IMG/VR virus record: IMGVR_UViG_3300005613_000001 | Span: 248,001 to 312,000 of that record | Length of the DNA: 64,000 nt | Direction: 5' to 3' (one strand) | Shown here: positions 19,161 to 28,831 of the stretch, piece by piece | How positions within the stretch are numbered: the stretch's first letter is position 1 | Layout: each line of letters begins with the position of its first letter | The notes under the pieces: generated by a model | Told to the model about the DNA's origin: nothing | Databases searched by the model: none | Seen by the model: the letters and a program-made list of their open reading frames with translations, nothing else | Position numbers and translations under genes: made by a program

Positions 19161-20120
19161 TCAATATAGCTTTGACAATTTCTCAATTTGTTTTATAGAA
19201 ACAGACCTGACTTTTTTCGACCAAAACGATATTTCAGGAAGATTATTAAAATCACGACAATTTTCCACAAGCCTTTTAACAAACCAACTCCTAGTTCGCT
19301 CTAAGTCTTCTGATAAATCCGCCTCAAATTTTAATACTTCAAAAACATCCATCGGATCAAGCAGTAATAGTGACGACCAACGATCATTCTTCCTGTAAGA
19401 GCGGGGAATGGGTCGATTCTTAGCCATATCTGTGAAATGAATTAAGAGGCGTATCCAGTTTTCCAATAGGGTGGAATTCCTACACCCTTCCGCCTCTATG
19501 ATCCGATACTCGATTGTATCCCTACGACCACGACAGAGATGATATGTGTTAATGGTTGTGTATTTCGTCTTGCCTAACTCTTCAACTAACAAACTGGGAA
19601 ATAATTCTTCATCATGCTCAAACAGATCCATCATTGCTATGAATTGGGAGTGCCGATTGCGTTTCCTGTGTTCGGGTACAGAATCTATAAAAACCGCTTC
19701 ACATTTAACCCAATGTGCCAAAATGGAAGCCACTTCCGGCTCAGAACAGTCGGAAACATCCACATGCACATGCAGGGAACACCTGCCATCGGATTTTATC
19801 TTGGAATCATCATTTATCGCATCCACCAACCTACAAAGTTTTCTCAGTCCATGATTGCCCTTACAAATAGGAGAGCAAATCTCCATACCACAACTTGCAT
19901 CGGGCTTTACCACCCAACAAGCATTATTGTTCGTCTCCTCATACCCCCATTTGGCTATTCTCACTGGTTCTATGAATAATTTTGCAATCAACTCCCCTAC
20001 ATAGTGAATGCCGTCTGGGTCGCTGCCTATATGACGGCTCCTTCCATCAAAAGCGTTAATTTCAATTTCAACACCAAATCTTCGATCTGTGTTGAATATT
20101 AATTTGTCTTGAGATTCCAT
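19161..20120 (-). CDS. Putative amidoligase (COOH-NH2 ligase, Amidoligase_2-like)
   Basis: RRFGVEIE, DASCG.EICSP, SLHVHVD, KY..IN, TIEYR. Confidence 0.8.
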   Translation of the reverse strand: MESQDKLIFNTDRRFGVEIEINAFDGRSRHIGSDPDGIHYVGELIAKLFIEPVRIAKWGYEETNNNACWVVKPDASCGMEICSPICKGNHGLRKLCRLVDAINDDSKIKSDGRCSLHVHVDVSDCSEPEVASILAHWVKCEAVFIDSVPEHRKRNRHSQFIAMMDLFEHDEELFPSLLVEELGKTKYTTINTYHLCRGRRDTIEYRIIEAEGCRNSTLLENWIRLLIHFTDMAKNRPIPRSYRKNDRWSSLLLLDPMDVFEVLKFEADLSEDLERTRSWFVKRLVENCRDFNNLPEISFWSKKVRSVSIKQIEKLSKLY

Positions 20121-20206
20121 AATTTGATTTTATTAAAAAACCCAACAAAGATCAAGCTTGCAATTTTAGAATATTTTTGTATAATATTTCCCCAGGAGGA
20201 TTGTCT

Positions 20207-20701
20207 ATGAGTTCTAAAAAAAATTACCAATGCCTAATGATTAAAACCAAAGATAACAGGCATTTTTTTACCTACCAAAAAAATTTCCCCCAACTAATTG
20301 AGTTTTCTAAAACCTTCGGAGCCGAAATCTCCGTTGTAAAGGTGAAAGAAGCAGAAGTATTACAACTCGATGAATTGGCACCCGCCTTCTGTGATGCAAA
20401 TTACCAGCATGAGCCTGACTATGATCTCATAGAAGTGAAAATAGCCGAATTTAAGAAAATTGGGCCAAAGCCACCCAAAACAAACAGAACAAAAGCATTA
20501 GAAACAGCAGCACAAGTGAGAAGCTATGTGCTACAAGAATTCATCTCAGGAGAAGTAGTATCCCTTCATCGTGTCCTGAAAAAATTCAAAACACTAAGCA
20601 TCTCTACCGTTTGCAACCATATCCGCACCGTTAAACAACAACTTGCAAAAGAAGGATATGAAATTAAAAAAATTGGGGCGGGAAAATATCAGTGTGTCTG
20701 A
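20207..20701 (+). CDS. Hypothetical protein with probable C-terminal HTH
   Basis: GGAGG upstream; SISTVCNHIR...GYEIKKIGAGKY resembles a winged helix. Confidence 0.55.
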   Translation: MSSKKNYQCLMIKTKDNRHFFTYQKNFPQLIEFSKTFGAEISVVKVKEAEVLQLDELAPAFCDANYQHEPDYDLIEVKIAEFKKIGPKPPKTNRTKALETAAQVRSYVLQEFISGEVVSLHRVLKKFKTLSISTVCNHIRTVKQQLAKEGYEIKKIGAGKYQCV

Positions 20702-22867
20702 TTATTCAAAATCCCAGAAAGGCACCACTTCTGCATCCATCGCAGCCTGATTGCTTCCCTGGATGGAACACTCACAACATAAAGTTAAAGTTCCCGTGGT
20801 AAGATTCTCATTGACGAACCCATCCATATTAGGACTTTGAGTGATGTCAAAATCTGGAGGATCGCCTTCACTAGTGCAATTATCTTCTTCAAGAATCCAA
20901 TTTGGATTGGTAAACATACTCCAACGCCAAAGAACGTTCCCACATTCACACTCGCAACAAGTAGTCAAAGACTGATATAAATACTGACCATCATCCTCAG
21001 GCTCTACTGCAATGCAACCACCCGAACAATCTTCGGCCAATACATCCCAACTTGAACCATTCCATTCATATGTGGTTTCTCCGCACCAGCACTCACAACA
21101 AGTAATAATTTCCGTTTGACAGTCTGCCATGTCTTCGGTTGGTTCGGATGGCTTGCAACCATCCGAACACTCATCCTGAATCATCTCCCAACTGAACCCG
21201 CCGCCCTTCCACGATGCCCACCCACAACCGCAATCAGGCGGCATTTCAGCACAATAAGGAGGCACACAGCAAGATTCATAAGTATCGCCAGTAGTTAATT
21301 CCCATTCATTTATAATACCAGGGGGCGGATAATGCGGGATGCAGTCGCCAGTACATCTGTCATCTGATAGACCCCATTCGCCAAAAGAATTAACCATCCA
21401 CAAAGATGTGCCACATCTGCAATTACTGCAAGGAACTGTAGTCGGCCAACCGTAAATCCTTTGCAGGTGGGGGGCCAAATCACTTCCATCCCCCTCATTA
21501 GCCAGCGATTCACTCTCATAATTCCCTTGTTCCATTAGCCCTCCCATCTCATGCACTAAACCAAATACATGACCTAATTCATGAGCGGCTACATTTGCTA
21601 CGCTAGAACCATCATTGGGAGTTCCTTCCTCAGTTGCGCCTGTATCGGATCTGCGCCAATCAGCAAGAGGGTTAAAATGTATATCGCCGTGCTGCCCACC
21701 AATGACTCCTAGTTGTTCGGGCTCCTCGCCTTCTCCACCACACTCATAAAATTCCCCAGAGGCATGATGGGCGTGAGCAAGAGTGCCGATACTTAAATTA
21801 TGGAACGCATAACGTATATCGCCAACGCTAGGATAATCAGCCAATAAATAGGTTTCACCATCAATCCCAGTATTTGGAACATCCCCAGACTCGTCACCCA
21901 AAACGCTAAAACTTAAAGTTAAATCATTTGCATATCCGTTCGCTCTGCTAAAGGTGGTATTAAACAAATTCGCCCACCAGGCATGAGCTAAATCAGTATC
22001 AGCTTTAAATTCTGCGGCACTAGGAACCCCATCGTCATCTCCTAAAGTCTCTACGGACAGACCCGCTTCATACTTGGTAGGTGGATGAACATAACTTACT
22101 GTAATAGTAATTGATTGAGGACCACATGCCAACTTGGCTACCGCCTCTTTAATTTCAGGCCAAGGTTGTCCAATCGTTCTTCCATAATCACTCCCCGTAG
22201 TTGTAGGCAGTGTGTCAATATCAGAATTTCTTGCACATCTAGCATCTTGAATGTCCCCATCTTCTTCTGTTCCTAAAACGGGAGGCGGTAGCGGAGAGCA
22301 ATCAGGGCCACAACCATTATTTAACAACATCCATCCAGTGCCATAGAAAGAACCACACCAATTTGTCCCAGTTGAAACAGAGGTACTTAAACTCCGACAA
22401 CCAATCCACATCCATTTAGATAAACCACAACAAGACCCTGATAGTTTTACACAATCTGTGGCAATCACAATGGGGTTGTAACCAAAGGCTCCAGGCCCAG
22501 CAACAATTTCATTATCAGGATAAACAGGAACACAACATTCATCACATTTATTGTTGCCTAGTTTCCAAAAATAAGGAGGATTATGAAGGTCGCTAATATT
22601 TATAACATCGCCCGCCGATTGTCCTAATACAGTTGAATTGCAATCATACAACAACCATTTGCAATCCCCACAATCAGCAACCGCAGCAGCGGCTTTCATA
22701 CAAGAAGAGGGAGAATCTCTAAGCGGACGATCAGAAGGATCATCCGTATTGTCTTTATATTGTCTGTTATTGATTTTAATAGAGGCGGGGGATGCATACC
22801 CGCCTTTAGTTAAAATCAATGAATCAGGCACATCCTGCGGCCCACAATTATTAACAAACCTAGCCAT
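20702..22867 (-). CDS. Cys/Trp-rich repeat protein with matrixin-type metalloprotease domain
   Basis: LAHA, GDIHFN, AAHELGHVFGLVH plus Met-turn (GLM); repeated CG...W...W...C..C modules; TATATA upstream. Confidence 0.75.
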   Translation of the reverse strand: MARFVNNCGPQDVPDSLILTKGGYASPASIKINNRQYKDNTDDPSDRPLRDSPSSCMKAAAAVADCGDCKWLLYDCNSTVLGQSAGDVINISDLHNPPYFWKLGNNKCDECCVPVYPDNEIVAGPGAFGYNPIVIATDCVKLSGSCCGLSKWMWIGCRSLSTSVSTGTNWCGSFYGTGWMLLNNGCGPDCSPLPPPVLGTEEDGDIQDARCARNSDIDTLPTTTGSDYGRTIGQPWPEIKEAVAKLACGPQSITITVSYVHPPTKYEAGLSVETLGDDDGVPSAAEFKADTDLAHAWWANLFNTTFSRANGYANDLTLSFSVLGDESGDVPNTGIDGETYLLADYPSVGDIRYAFHNLSIGTLAHAHHASGEFYECGGEGEEPEQLGVIGGQHGDIHFNPLADWRRSDTGATEEGTPNDGSSVANVAAHELGHVFGLVHEMGGLMEQGNYESESLANEGDGSDLAPHLQRIYGWPTTVPCSNCRCGTSLWMVNSFGEWGLSDDRCTGDCIPHYPPPGIINEWELTTGDTYESCCVPPYCAEMPPDCGCGWASWKGGGFSWEMIQDECSDGCKPSEPTEDMADCQTEIITCCECWCGETTYEWNGSSWDVLAEDCSGGCIAVEPEDDGQYLYQSLTTCCECECGNVLWRWSMFTNPNWILEEDNCTSEGDPPDFDITQSPNMDGFVNENLTTGTLTLCCECSIQGSNQAAMDAEVVPFWDFE

Positions 22868-22896
22868 GCATGTATATAATGGCTAGGTTTGTTGAT

Positions 22897-24096
22897 TTAG
22901 CTGCTACTTCCGATTTTCTTCTCAAGATCTTCAGCAGTAATTTCAGTTTCCTCAACTGAATCACTGTTAGTCAGATCAATTGCATCTCCAAAAGCAGATA
23001 AGTATTTCTCTACTTCATCCTTGCTTTTAGCATCAACTATCGCTGGACAATCTAATAATAATTCCACAGGAACATCATTCCTCACCTTGCTGCTTCTGAA
23101 AGTAATAGTCTTCCCATCAGCATAAGGTTCTTCAACTTGGAACATCCCCGCAGAGCCCGTAGATTTAATTCTTTTAGACTTTAAGAAAATACCTAGCAAA
23201 CCACCCAAAGGATTAATGCCACTATCAAAATAAAGCTGTACGCCTTCTGTCTCCCAATGAGGGCTAAAGGACCGACATTTCTTATTTTGAACCTTGATAT
23301 TAACCCCAATGGGGATTTCCAAGTCTGTATTTTCAATAATCTTATGAGGAGAAACCCTAATGCGACAAGAAGCATAGAATTTCAAAGCCTCACCACCACC
23401 AGCAGTTGTCTCAGGAGAACCAAATAATACGCCAATCTTTTGACGAACTTGATTCACCACAAATAAGGAGGCGTTGTTCTTATCCAAAACACTAGTCAGC
23501 TTTCTAAATTCCTTGCTGCAAATCTTGGCTCGTTCACCGGGCTGCTCGTTGCCACCTACAATTGACTTGAATTCTGTCTTTTTGTAATTCTCAGGCAAAT
23601 CGGTTTCCCTGAATTCCCTTTCGCATGGTGAAGCCCCAATAGAATCGTATATGAAACAAATAGGTACTTCTGGACCTTTCTTCTCACGAATCTTCCTGAT
23701 TACGTTGTAAATCTTCAAGAATGATTGCTCTAGAGTCTCTGGTTCAAAGACAATCAATTTTGTGGGATCAACGTGACCAGCAGCTACAGCGAAATCTCTG
23801 TTCGTAGCATGCTCACAATCCAAATAAATTGCATAACCATTAAGCTGTTGAACCCCATGAAGAACACTCATTCCCACTAAAGATTTTGAGGCGGCTGGGG
23901 GTCCGTAGATTTCGGTGATTTTACCACCAGGGATGCCGCCTCCAATAAATCGACCACTATTAATATAATTAAGGGCTAAATTACCCGTATCAATAAAATA
24001 CTTTGTGTTACCAACATCAGTCAGCATTACGCCGCCGTGGTTTTTAGTTAAATCGTTATAAACATCGTCATATTCAGCAGTTTTCTTTTTTGCCAT
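22897..24096 (-). CDS. uvsX: RecA/UvsX recombinase
   Basis: IDTGNLALN, GKITEIYGPPAASKS, YLDCE, YDSIG, VNQVR, GGEALKFYAS. Confidence 0.92.
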   Translation of the reverse strand: MAKKKTAEYDDVYNDLTKNHGGVMLTDVGNTKYFIDTGNLALNYINSGRFIGGGIPGGKITEIYGPPAASKSLVGMSVLHGVQQLNGYAIYLDCEHATNRDFAVAAGHVDPTKLIVFEPETLEQSFLKIYNVIRKIREKKGPEVPICFIYDSIGASPCEREFRETDLPENYKKTEFKSIVGGNEQPGERAKICSKEFRKLTSVLDKNNASLFVVNQVRQKIGVLFGSPETTAGGGEALKFYASCRIRVSPHKIIENTDLEIPIGVNIKVQNKKCRSFSPHWETEGVQLYFDSGINPLGGLLGIFLKSKRIKSTGSAGMFQVEEPYADGKTITFRSSKVRNDVPVELLLDCPAIVDAKSKDEVEKYLSAFGDAIDLTNSDSVEETEITAEDLEKKIGSSS

Positions 24097-24117
24097 ATTG
24101 TTACCTCAAGTTTGATA

Positions 24118-24172
24118 AATAAAACGGGGGCTGTAGAGACCATCGACCCGATCAATGGAACCCACAGCCCCC
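24118..24172 (-). terminator. Long imperfect hairpin with T tail between SSB and uvsX
   Basis: GGGGGCTGT...ACAGCCCCC-GTTTT. Confidence 0.5.
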
Positions 24173-24197
24173 AACCCAACCATATTAAAATTACTCA

Positions 24198-25148
24198 TTA
24201 CAGTTCATGCAACTCTTGCATGAAATCAGTGTCCGCCATTTGCTCTTCCGGCTCTTCTTTGGCTGCTACGGGAGCAGGTTCAGGAGTCGGGGCGGGAGCG
24301 GGAGCGGGATCAGGGGTGGATTCTACCACCACACCACTCACCACAGGGGTCTCATCAACGGGAGTGGTTTCAGTTTCCGATACAACACCTTCAATGTTGT
24401 ATTTGGTGGGATCGATTCCACCTTCCTCATCTGGAATAGCACCAAAATGAATCTGAAGTTCCCGATCAATAAACTCGGCGGGCTTAACATTCCGCAGAGG
24501 ATCTAAGTCATGGCATTCCGCCAACATCTTTTCAATTTCATCAGGAGTTCCCAACGGAGTGGGATCATCATTAAATTCAGAATCATTATATCTTGGGAAA
24601 CCTCCGACCATTTCCTTGACGATTACCATATCTCGGCCTTCCTTGCCTGTTACGTCAAAGATGTTGCCCAAAGGCTTCTTTCGTTCGTCACCCACACAAG
24701 CACGAATAATCAGCTTGTGAATGGTTTTCCCAGTGGAGAAGATTTTAACACCTTCTTGGCTGGGATCGTTGCGAACTATCGCATTGTAGTAGAATCTTTC
24801 AATCGGCTTAATTGCACGGGCTTTATCAATGTAACCTTGAGCGGTTTCACCAGTGCTTCTATTCGCTAGGCTCCACAGATGGTTATAAACGTCGCAAGCT
24901 GGGCATACGCCGGGCTTGCCTACCCATTTACCACCTTGAAGTTCTTTACGACAGTGAATACTCTTGCCATTAATCATATGCAATCTAGTTGATTGAAATG
25001 GCAACTTCATGCCGTGTGCGGGGGGGAGTAATCGGAGAGAAACTTCGCCATTTTCCTTTGGCATTTTGACAAACTTTGCGAGAAAGTCGTCACTCTTATT
25101 TTCCGATAGTCTGTCTGCCTCTTGTTTAATTCCGTCAAAAAAGTCCAT
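24198..25148 (-). CDS. Single-stranded DNA-binding protein, T4 gp32-like
   Basis: LRLLPP, CPAC, RFYYNAIV, VKIFSTGK, FDVTG..G, YNDSEF; acidic C-tail. Confidence 0.85.
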   Translation of the reverse strand: MDFFDGIKQEADRLSENKSDDFLAKFVKMPKENGEVSLRLLPPAHGMKLPFQSTRLHMINGKSIHCRKELQGGKWVGKPGVCPACDVYNHLWSLANRSTGETAQGYIDKARAIKPIERFYYNAIVRNDPSQEGVKIFSTGKTIHKLIIRACVGDERKKPLGNIFDVTGKEGRDMVIVKEMVGGFPRYNDSEFNDDPTPLGTPDEIEKMLAECHDLDPLRNVKPAEFIDRELQIHFGAIPDEEGGIDPTKYNIEGVVSETETTPVDETPVVSGVVVESTPDPAPAPAPTPEPAPVAAKEEPEEQMADTDFMQELHEL

Positions 25149-25186
25149 AATAGTACCTCTTGGTTAAAGTGAAAGTTGATTGTGTT

Positions 25187-25215
25187 GTTATATTATAAAG
25201 TTGGGTAAAAGTCAA
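25187..25215 (-). promoter_or_regulatory. sigma70-like promoter of the SSB gene
   Basis: TTGACT-N17-TATAAC. Confidence 0.55.
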
Positions 25216-25224
25216 CTAATTTAT

Positions 25225-25635
25225 TTATTCATCTGCGGTCGTTTTCATGCCACTTATTATGCGTTTTTCGTAACCTTTTTTGGCCTTTTTTTCAGCCTCT
25301 TCATGAAGGTGTTTCATTTTATCTTCAAGCGTCTTATACCCCTCTTTTTCAAGCATTTCGTTGAGATCTTCCCTCTCTGCCATCTCCTTTTTATATTGCT
25401 CTTCGAGGGCTTTCAAAACCTTCATGTTCTTCTCTATTTTCAAGGCTGTATCGTCAGGATCATCAGCCTTACGATAAGGCTCAATTTTATTTCTAGTTTT
25501 TTCCTCAATCATCTCAAGTTTCCTTTTTTTAGACGCCTCGGCTCTAGTGGCTTTTCTCCGAGCTAAAACCTTTTTCTTAGCTGCCTTTTCACGCTTCTTC
25601 TGCTTCACTTGCTTCTTCGCACTTGGCTTGCTCAT
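25225..25635 (-). CDS. Basic, coiled-coil hypothetical protein
   Basis: Lys/Arg/Glu-rich ORF. Confidence 0.6.
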   Translation of the reverse strand: MSKPSAKKQVKQKKREKAAKKKVLARRKATRAEASKKRKLEMIEEKTRNKIEPYRKADDPDDTALKIEKNMKVLKALEEQYKKEMAEREDLNEMLEKEGYKTLEDKMKHLHEEAEKKAKKGYEKRIISGMKTTADE

Positions 25636-25647
25636 TTTTATCCCTTT

Positions 25648-26427
25648 CTATCTGATATCCGTAGCTCCGCCTTCTACAACACCGTCCCAACGAAGCCCAT
25701 CATCGCTGAGACCGCCTCCGCCGCCGCCTCTTAAACTAGGCATATCACTATCAAACTGCCCACCACCAACTAAACCTTGCCCCTGTGCAACAAAACACGC
25801 GGAAGGAACAAGTTGGGCCTTTCCCAAATCATCTTTAGTTTTGTATAGCATTGGCAACTCTCTACCCGCTGCAACCTCTCTGGGGTCTTTTTCTTCTTTA
25901 AATATCGGGTATAACTTGCCCCTGGTAAATTGCCCTTTCACCATCCCAGCACGCACCATATCATCTGTGGGATCAAATATCTCATTCCTTATAGCCTTCT
26001 CTCCAGAAGGAGCAGGCGTCTTAGCTATCGCTTCATGGGGGTGTGCGGTCGGAACCGGAGCAGTCGGTTTAGCCATCGCCTCATGGGGGTGTTGTGAAGG
26101 TAATTGCGCAGGACATGATGGTGCCTCTTGTACTGGGTGTGATTCTAAAGCCCCGGCAATTGAATCTAAAGTGAATTTCTTATTCTTTATAACAATGCCG
26201 CCCTCTGTTTCCCTGAATTTAATCTTCTTCTTAGAAAGCTCTGTAATCTCTACATCTACCACCCAAATATCCCGCCTCGCAAGTTGCATCATTATTGTGG
26301 CGGCAAGCTTTTCTAACGGAACGTCTTCAAAGGGATCGCCTACTTTCTTCTTAAGCTCATCCACTTTGTCCGTATCATATCCATCTTCGGTCTTTTTATG
26401 ATATTTATATGTGAGTTCGTATCCCAT
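25648..26427 (-). CDS. Hypothetical protein with internal Pro/Ala-rich duplication
   Basis: HPHEA(M/I)AK occurs twice. Confidence 0.65.
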   Translation of the reverse strand: MGYELTYKYHKKTEDGYDTDKVDELKKKVGDPFEDVPLEKLAATIMMQLARRDIWVVDVEITELSKKKIKFRETEGGIVIKNKKFTLDSIAGALESHPVQEAPSCPAQLPSQHPHEAMAKPTAPVPTAHPHEAIAKTPAPSGEKAIRNEIFDPTDDMVRAGMVKGQFTRGKLYPIFKEEKDPREVAAGRELPMLYKTKDDLGKAQLVPSACFVAQGQGLVGGGQFDSDMPSLRGGGGGGLSDDGLRWDGVVEGGATDIR

Positions 26428-26431
26428 TTTT

Positions 26432-27052
26432 TCACCTTTGTACTATGCCCACTCCATACCGCGTTTTAAATGTAATTGGTTCCCTATTCTGGGTCTTACA
26501 AAAATCAAAATAGGCTTTCTTGGCATGCTCATGACTACTGATATAATCCATTACTATTAACCCATCTCCCGCCATGTGTTGCCAAATCATATCTAAATAA
26601 TCCCTATGCCGATCATATGTCATCTCCTCATTAATAATCACCGTATCCCAATTTCTTTTGGCAAAATAATCAACAAAGGCATCGTCAGTAATCTCACCCA
26701 AATAGAAATCAAATCTACCCTTGAATACACTTTTAATGTTCGCCCTTGCTAATCTTAGAGAATAATACTCCTCGGTCTTTTCTTGGAAGCCTAAAAACGT
26801 TTTTACCGTTTTACACCCTTTTAAAAAACACCCACTCAATAAAGCCAATCGCGTCCCAATCTCTGCTACCGACTTCGCCTCAATTAATGTGCCCAAATAA
26901 TAATAAAATGGAGCATATGCAGGGTCCGTATATGGAGCAGTCTTACGTGATGACTCCTCTATAACCCTGAACTTATCCAATAATATTCTAGCAGGAATTA
27001 AACTTTTTGCAAGTTTAGAATCCAAGATTGGCTTTAATTTAGAGGCGTTCAT
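26432..27052 (-). CDS. Methyltransferase-like protein
   Basis: AKSVAEIG; DGLIVMDY. Confidence 0.45.
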   Translation of the reverse strand: MNASKLKPILDSKLAKSLIPARILLDKFRVIEESSRKTAPYTDPAYAPFYYYLGTLIEAKSVAEIGTRLALLSGCFLKGCKTVKTFLGFQEKTEEYYSLRLARANIKSVFKGRFDFYLGEITDDAFVDYFAKRNWDTVIINEEMTYDRHRDYLDMIWQHMAGDGLIVMDYISSHEHAKKAYFDFCKTQNREPITFKTRYGVGIVQR

Positions 27053-27309
27053 TTAAAAGTAAATAAATTTTTGAGGCGTTGCATAAATGTAATCTTAGGT
27101 TTGACCTCAGACTCTACTGGTTCATCCAGTAGCATTTCAACAGCATCTTCTAAGTATTCTACTTCATCACAATCTTCTGGCTCTGGGTCTTCGGGATGAG
27201 GAGTAGAAACCTCTGCAAGACATGTCTTCGCTAATATAAAACGACTTTTATTGGCTGGTTGAGGGACAACAGCCCCATTTACTACATTGGCTCTTTTTGG
27301 ATCAAACAT
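27049..27309 (-). CDS. Hypothetical protein
   Basis: ORF overlapping the next gene (ATGA). Confidence 0.55.
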   Translation of the reverse strand: MFDPKRANVVNGAVVPQPANKSRFILAKTCLAEVSTPHPEDPEPEDCDEVEYLEDAVEMLLDEPVESEVKPKITFMQRLKNLFTFK

Positions 27310-27322
27310 ACTTTATAGTAGT

Positions 27323-27361
27323 AAAAAAAAAGCAGATTAGAACGACAAGTTCTAATCTGCT
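27323..27361 (-). terminator. Intrinsic terminator
   Basis: Perfect 13-bp stem AGCAGATTAGAAC/GTTCTAATCTGCT, 5-nt loop, then a T run. Confidence 0.8.
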
Positions 27362-27362
27362 C

Positions 27363-27512
27363 ACCTTAGCAAGCGAGGTTTATGACCTCTTTTGAAAGCC
27401 GCTGGATTTTGCCATAGGCATGAAATCCCCGTGTAGCGTTACTTCCGTTCTGATCGCCTCATTCACACGGACCAGGCGAACATCAGAAGATTGAGACCAT
27501 ATAGGCCAAGGT
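27363..27512 (-). ncRNA. Candidate structured ncRNA (~150 nt), family unknown
   Basis: Ends pair (ACCTTGGC/GCTAAGGT); three internal hairpins and a possible pseudoknot; AT-rich promoter box upstream; terminator downstream; no ORF. Confidence 0.55.
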
Positions 27513-27563
27513 TATAATTATATATGTGTATTATTTCAAAACATGTAAGATAAATACAATATC

Positions 27564-28181
27564 ATGGACGTAAAATATCCAGAGGAAAAAGCGTGGGTAG
27601 ATTTTTACAATCGCAAATGTTGCTCATATGATAAATTCTACTTTAATGGCAACAACTGCTTTGACGGCCCTAACTTCCAAAAAACATGTAAAGCATTAAA
27701 TTTAAATTTTGAAAACAAACAACTTCTAGATGCTGGCTGTGGAATTGGCAAGTTAGCAGTGTTTTTGGCAATTGAAAACCCCACCCTAAAAGTATTTGGC
27801 ATCGATTACTCAAAAATGAGACTGAAGCAAGGAGCAAAAATGGCAGCGATCAGTAATGTTAAAGATCGATGTAAATTTCGCCTAAAAGACATTAATCTGT
27901 TTGTTGAAAAAACCCCCTTGACCTTTGATATAATATTCTCATTTGAAACCTTTGAACATCTCTTACATCCACATAAAGCCATGCGTAAATTAAAAAAACT
28001 CCTAAATCCAGGGGGTATAATATTGGGATCAGTTCCCTTGGGCAGAGGAGGAAGACAACATTTAAGTGGCTTTAGAACCGAAAAACATATAGAAAGAATA
28101 TTAAAAGTCAAAACTCTCTCTCTTTCCGGGGTCACATTTAGACGGCGCAGTACCAGATTATTCTTCTACCAGAAGCCATAA
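27564..28181 (+). CDS. Class I SAM-dependent methyltransferase
   Basis: LLDAGCGIG, GIDYS, FETFEHL, LNPGG. Confidence 0.85.
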   Translation: MDVKYPEEKAWVDFYNRKCCSYDKFYFNGNNCFDGPNFQKTCKALNLNFENKQLLDAGCGIGKLAVFLAIENPTLKVFGIDYSKMRLKQGAKMAAISNVKDRCKFRLKDINLFVEKTPLTFDIIFSFETFEHLLHPHKAMRKLKKLLNPGGIILGSVPLGRGGRQHLSGFRTEKHIERILKVKTLSLSGVTFRRRSTRLFFYQKP

Positions 28182-28189
28182 ATACAAAT

Positions 28190-28831
28190 ATGCTACTCGA
28201 CGAAAACAAAATTAAATTCAAACGAATACCAGGGCAAGAACTCCTTGAAACCAAGTATAAATTGGTCAAAGAGGGGCTGATCGCCAAACAATCACACAAA
28301 CGACTATCAACTAATGTATCTTCTCACAACACATACAAGCTAATTAGGATAAGAAAATCCATACACGTCGCTCAGGGTCCGTCGTACTTCGCCTCCGCTC
28401 CCTTGGATCAATGCCCCAATTTGCCCACGCTTACCGAACCAGAACTTATTAGTTTAACCGAACCAGAACTAATCTGTATGACTAATGATGAAATTGGAGT
28501 TTCTCTATTTGCTGTCGAATACACAAGAACGAAATCTATCGTAGGGAAAACGCCTCCTAAAGTTATTGCCACTCCCAAAAAAGGCGGAATTGGCTCAAGC
28601 GTTGCCCGAAAACGTGTCGAAACAGGACAACACGGGCCAATTACAACACGTCGTTCTTTAGAATCAACAAGAAGTCAAAGAGTAGGCACAACACCCACTA
28701 AAGGACAAGGAAAAAGAGGCGGCGGATCAAAACGAATGAATGAAGGTAAACATGGCGTTCAAAAAGAGAGTCGCAGCCTAGCTGCTATTAGAACCGCTAA
28801 AGTTAGCAAGGCTGGCGCTGTTTCTCGTTAA
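28190..28831 (+). CDS. Hypothetical protein with basic low-complexity C-terminus
   Basis: TAAATA 5 nt upstream; LTEPELI duplicated. Confidence 0.5.
   Translation: MLLDENKIKFKRIPGQELLETKYKLVKEGLIAKQSHKRLSTNVSSHNTYKLIRIRKSIHVAQGPSYFASAPLDQCPNLPTLTEPELISLTEPELICMTNDEIGVSLFAVEYTRTKSIVGKTPPKVIATPKKGGIGSSVARKRVETGQHGPITTRRSLESTRSQRVGTTPTKGQGKRGGGSKRMNEGKHGVQKESRSLAAIRTAKVSKAGAVSR

Noticed and set aside
25547-26401. 284-aa plus-strand ORF
   Set aside because: Antisense shadow of two minus-strand genes; no RBS or family motifs
27440-27490. Hammerhead or SRP identity for the 27.4-kb RNA
   Set aside because: CTGATG is followed by T instead of A and the GAAA core is absent; SRP helix 8 consensus is not matched
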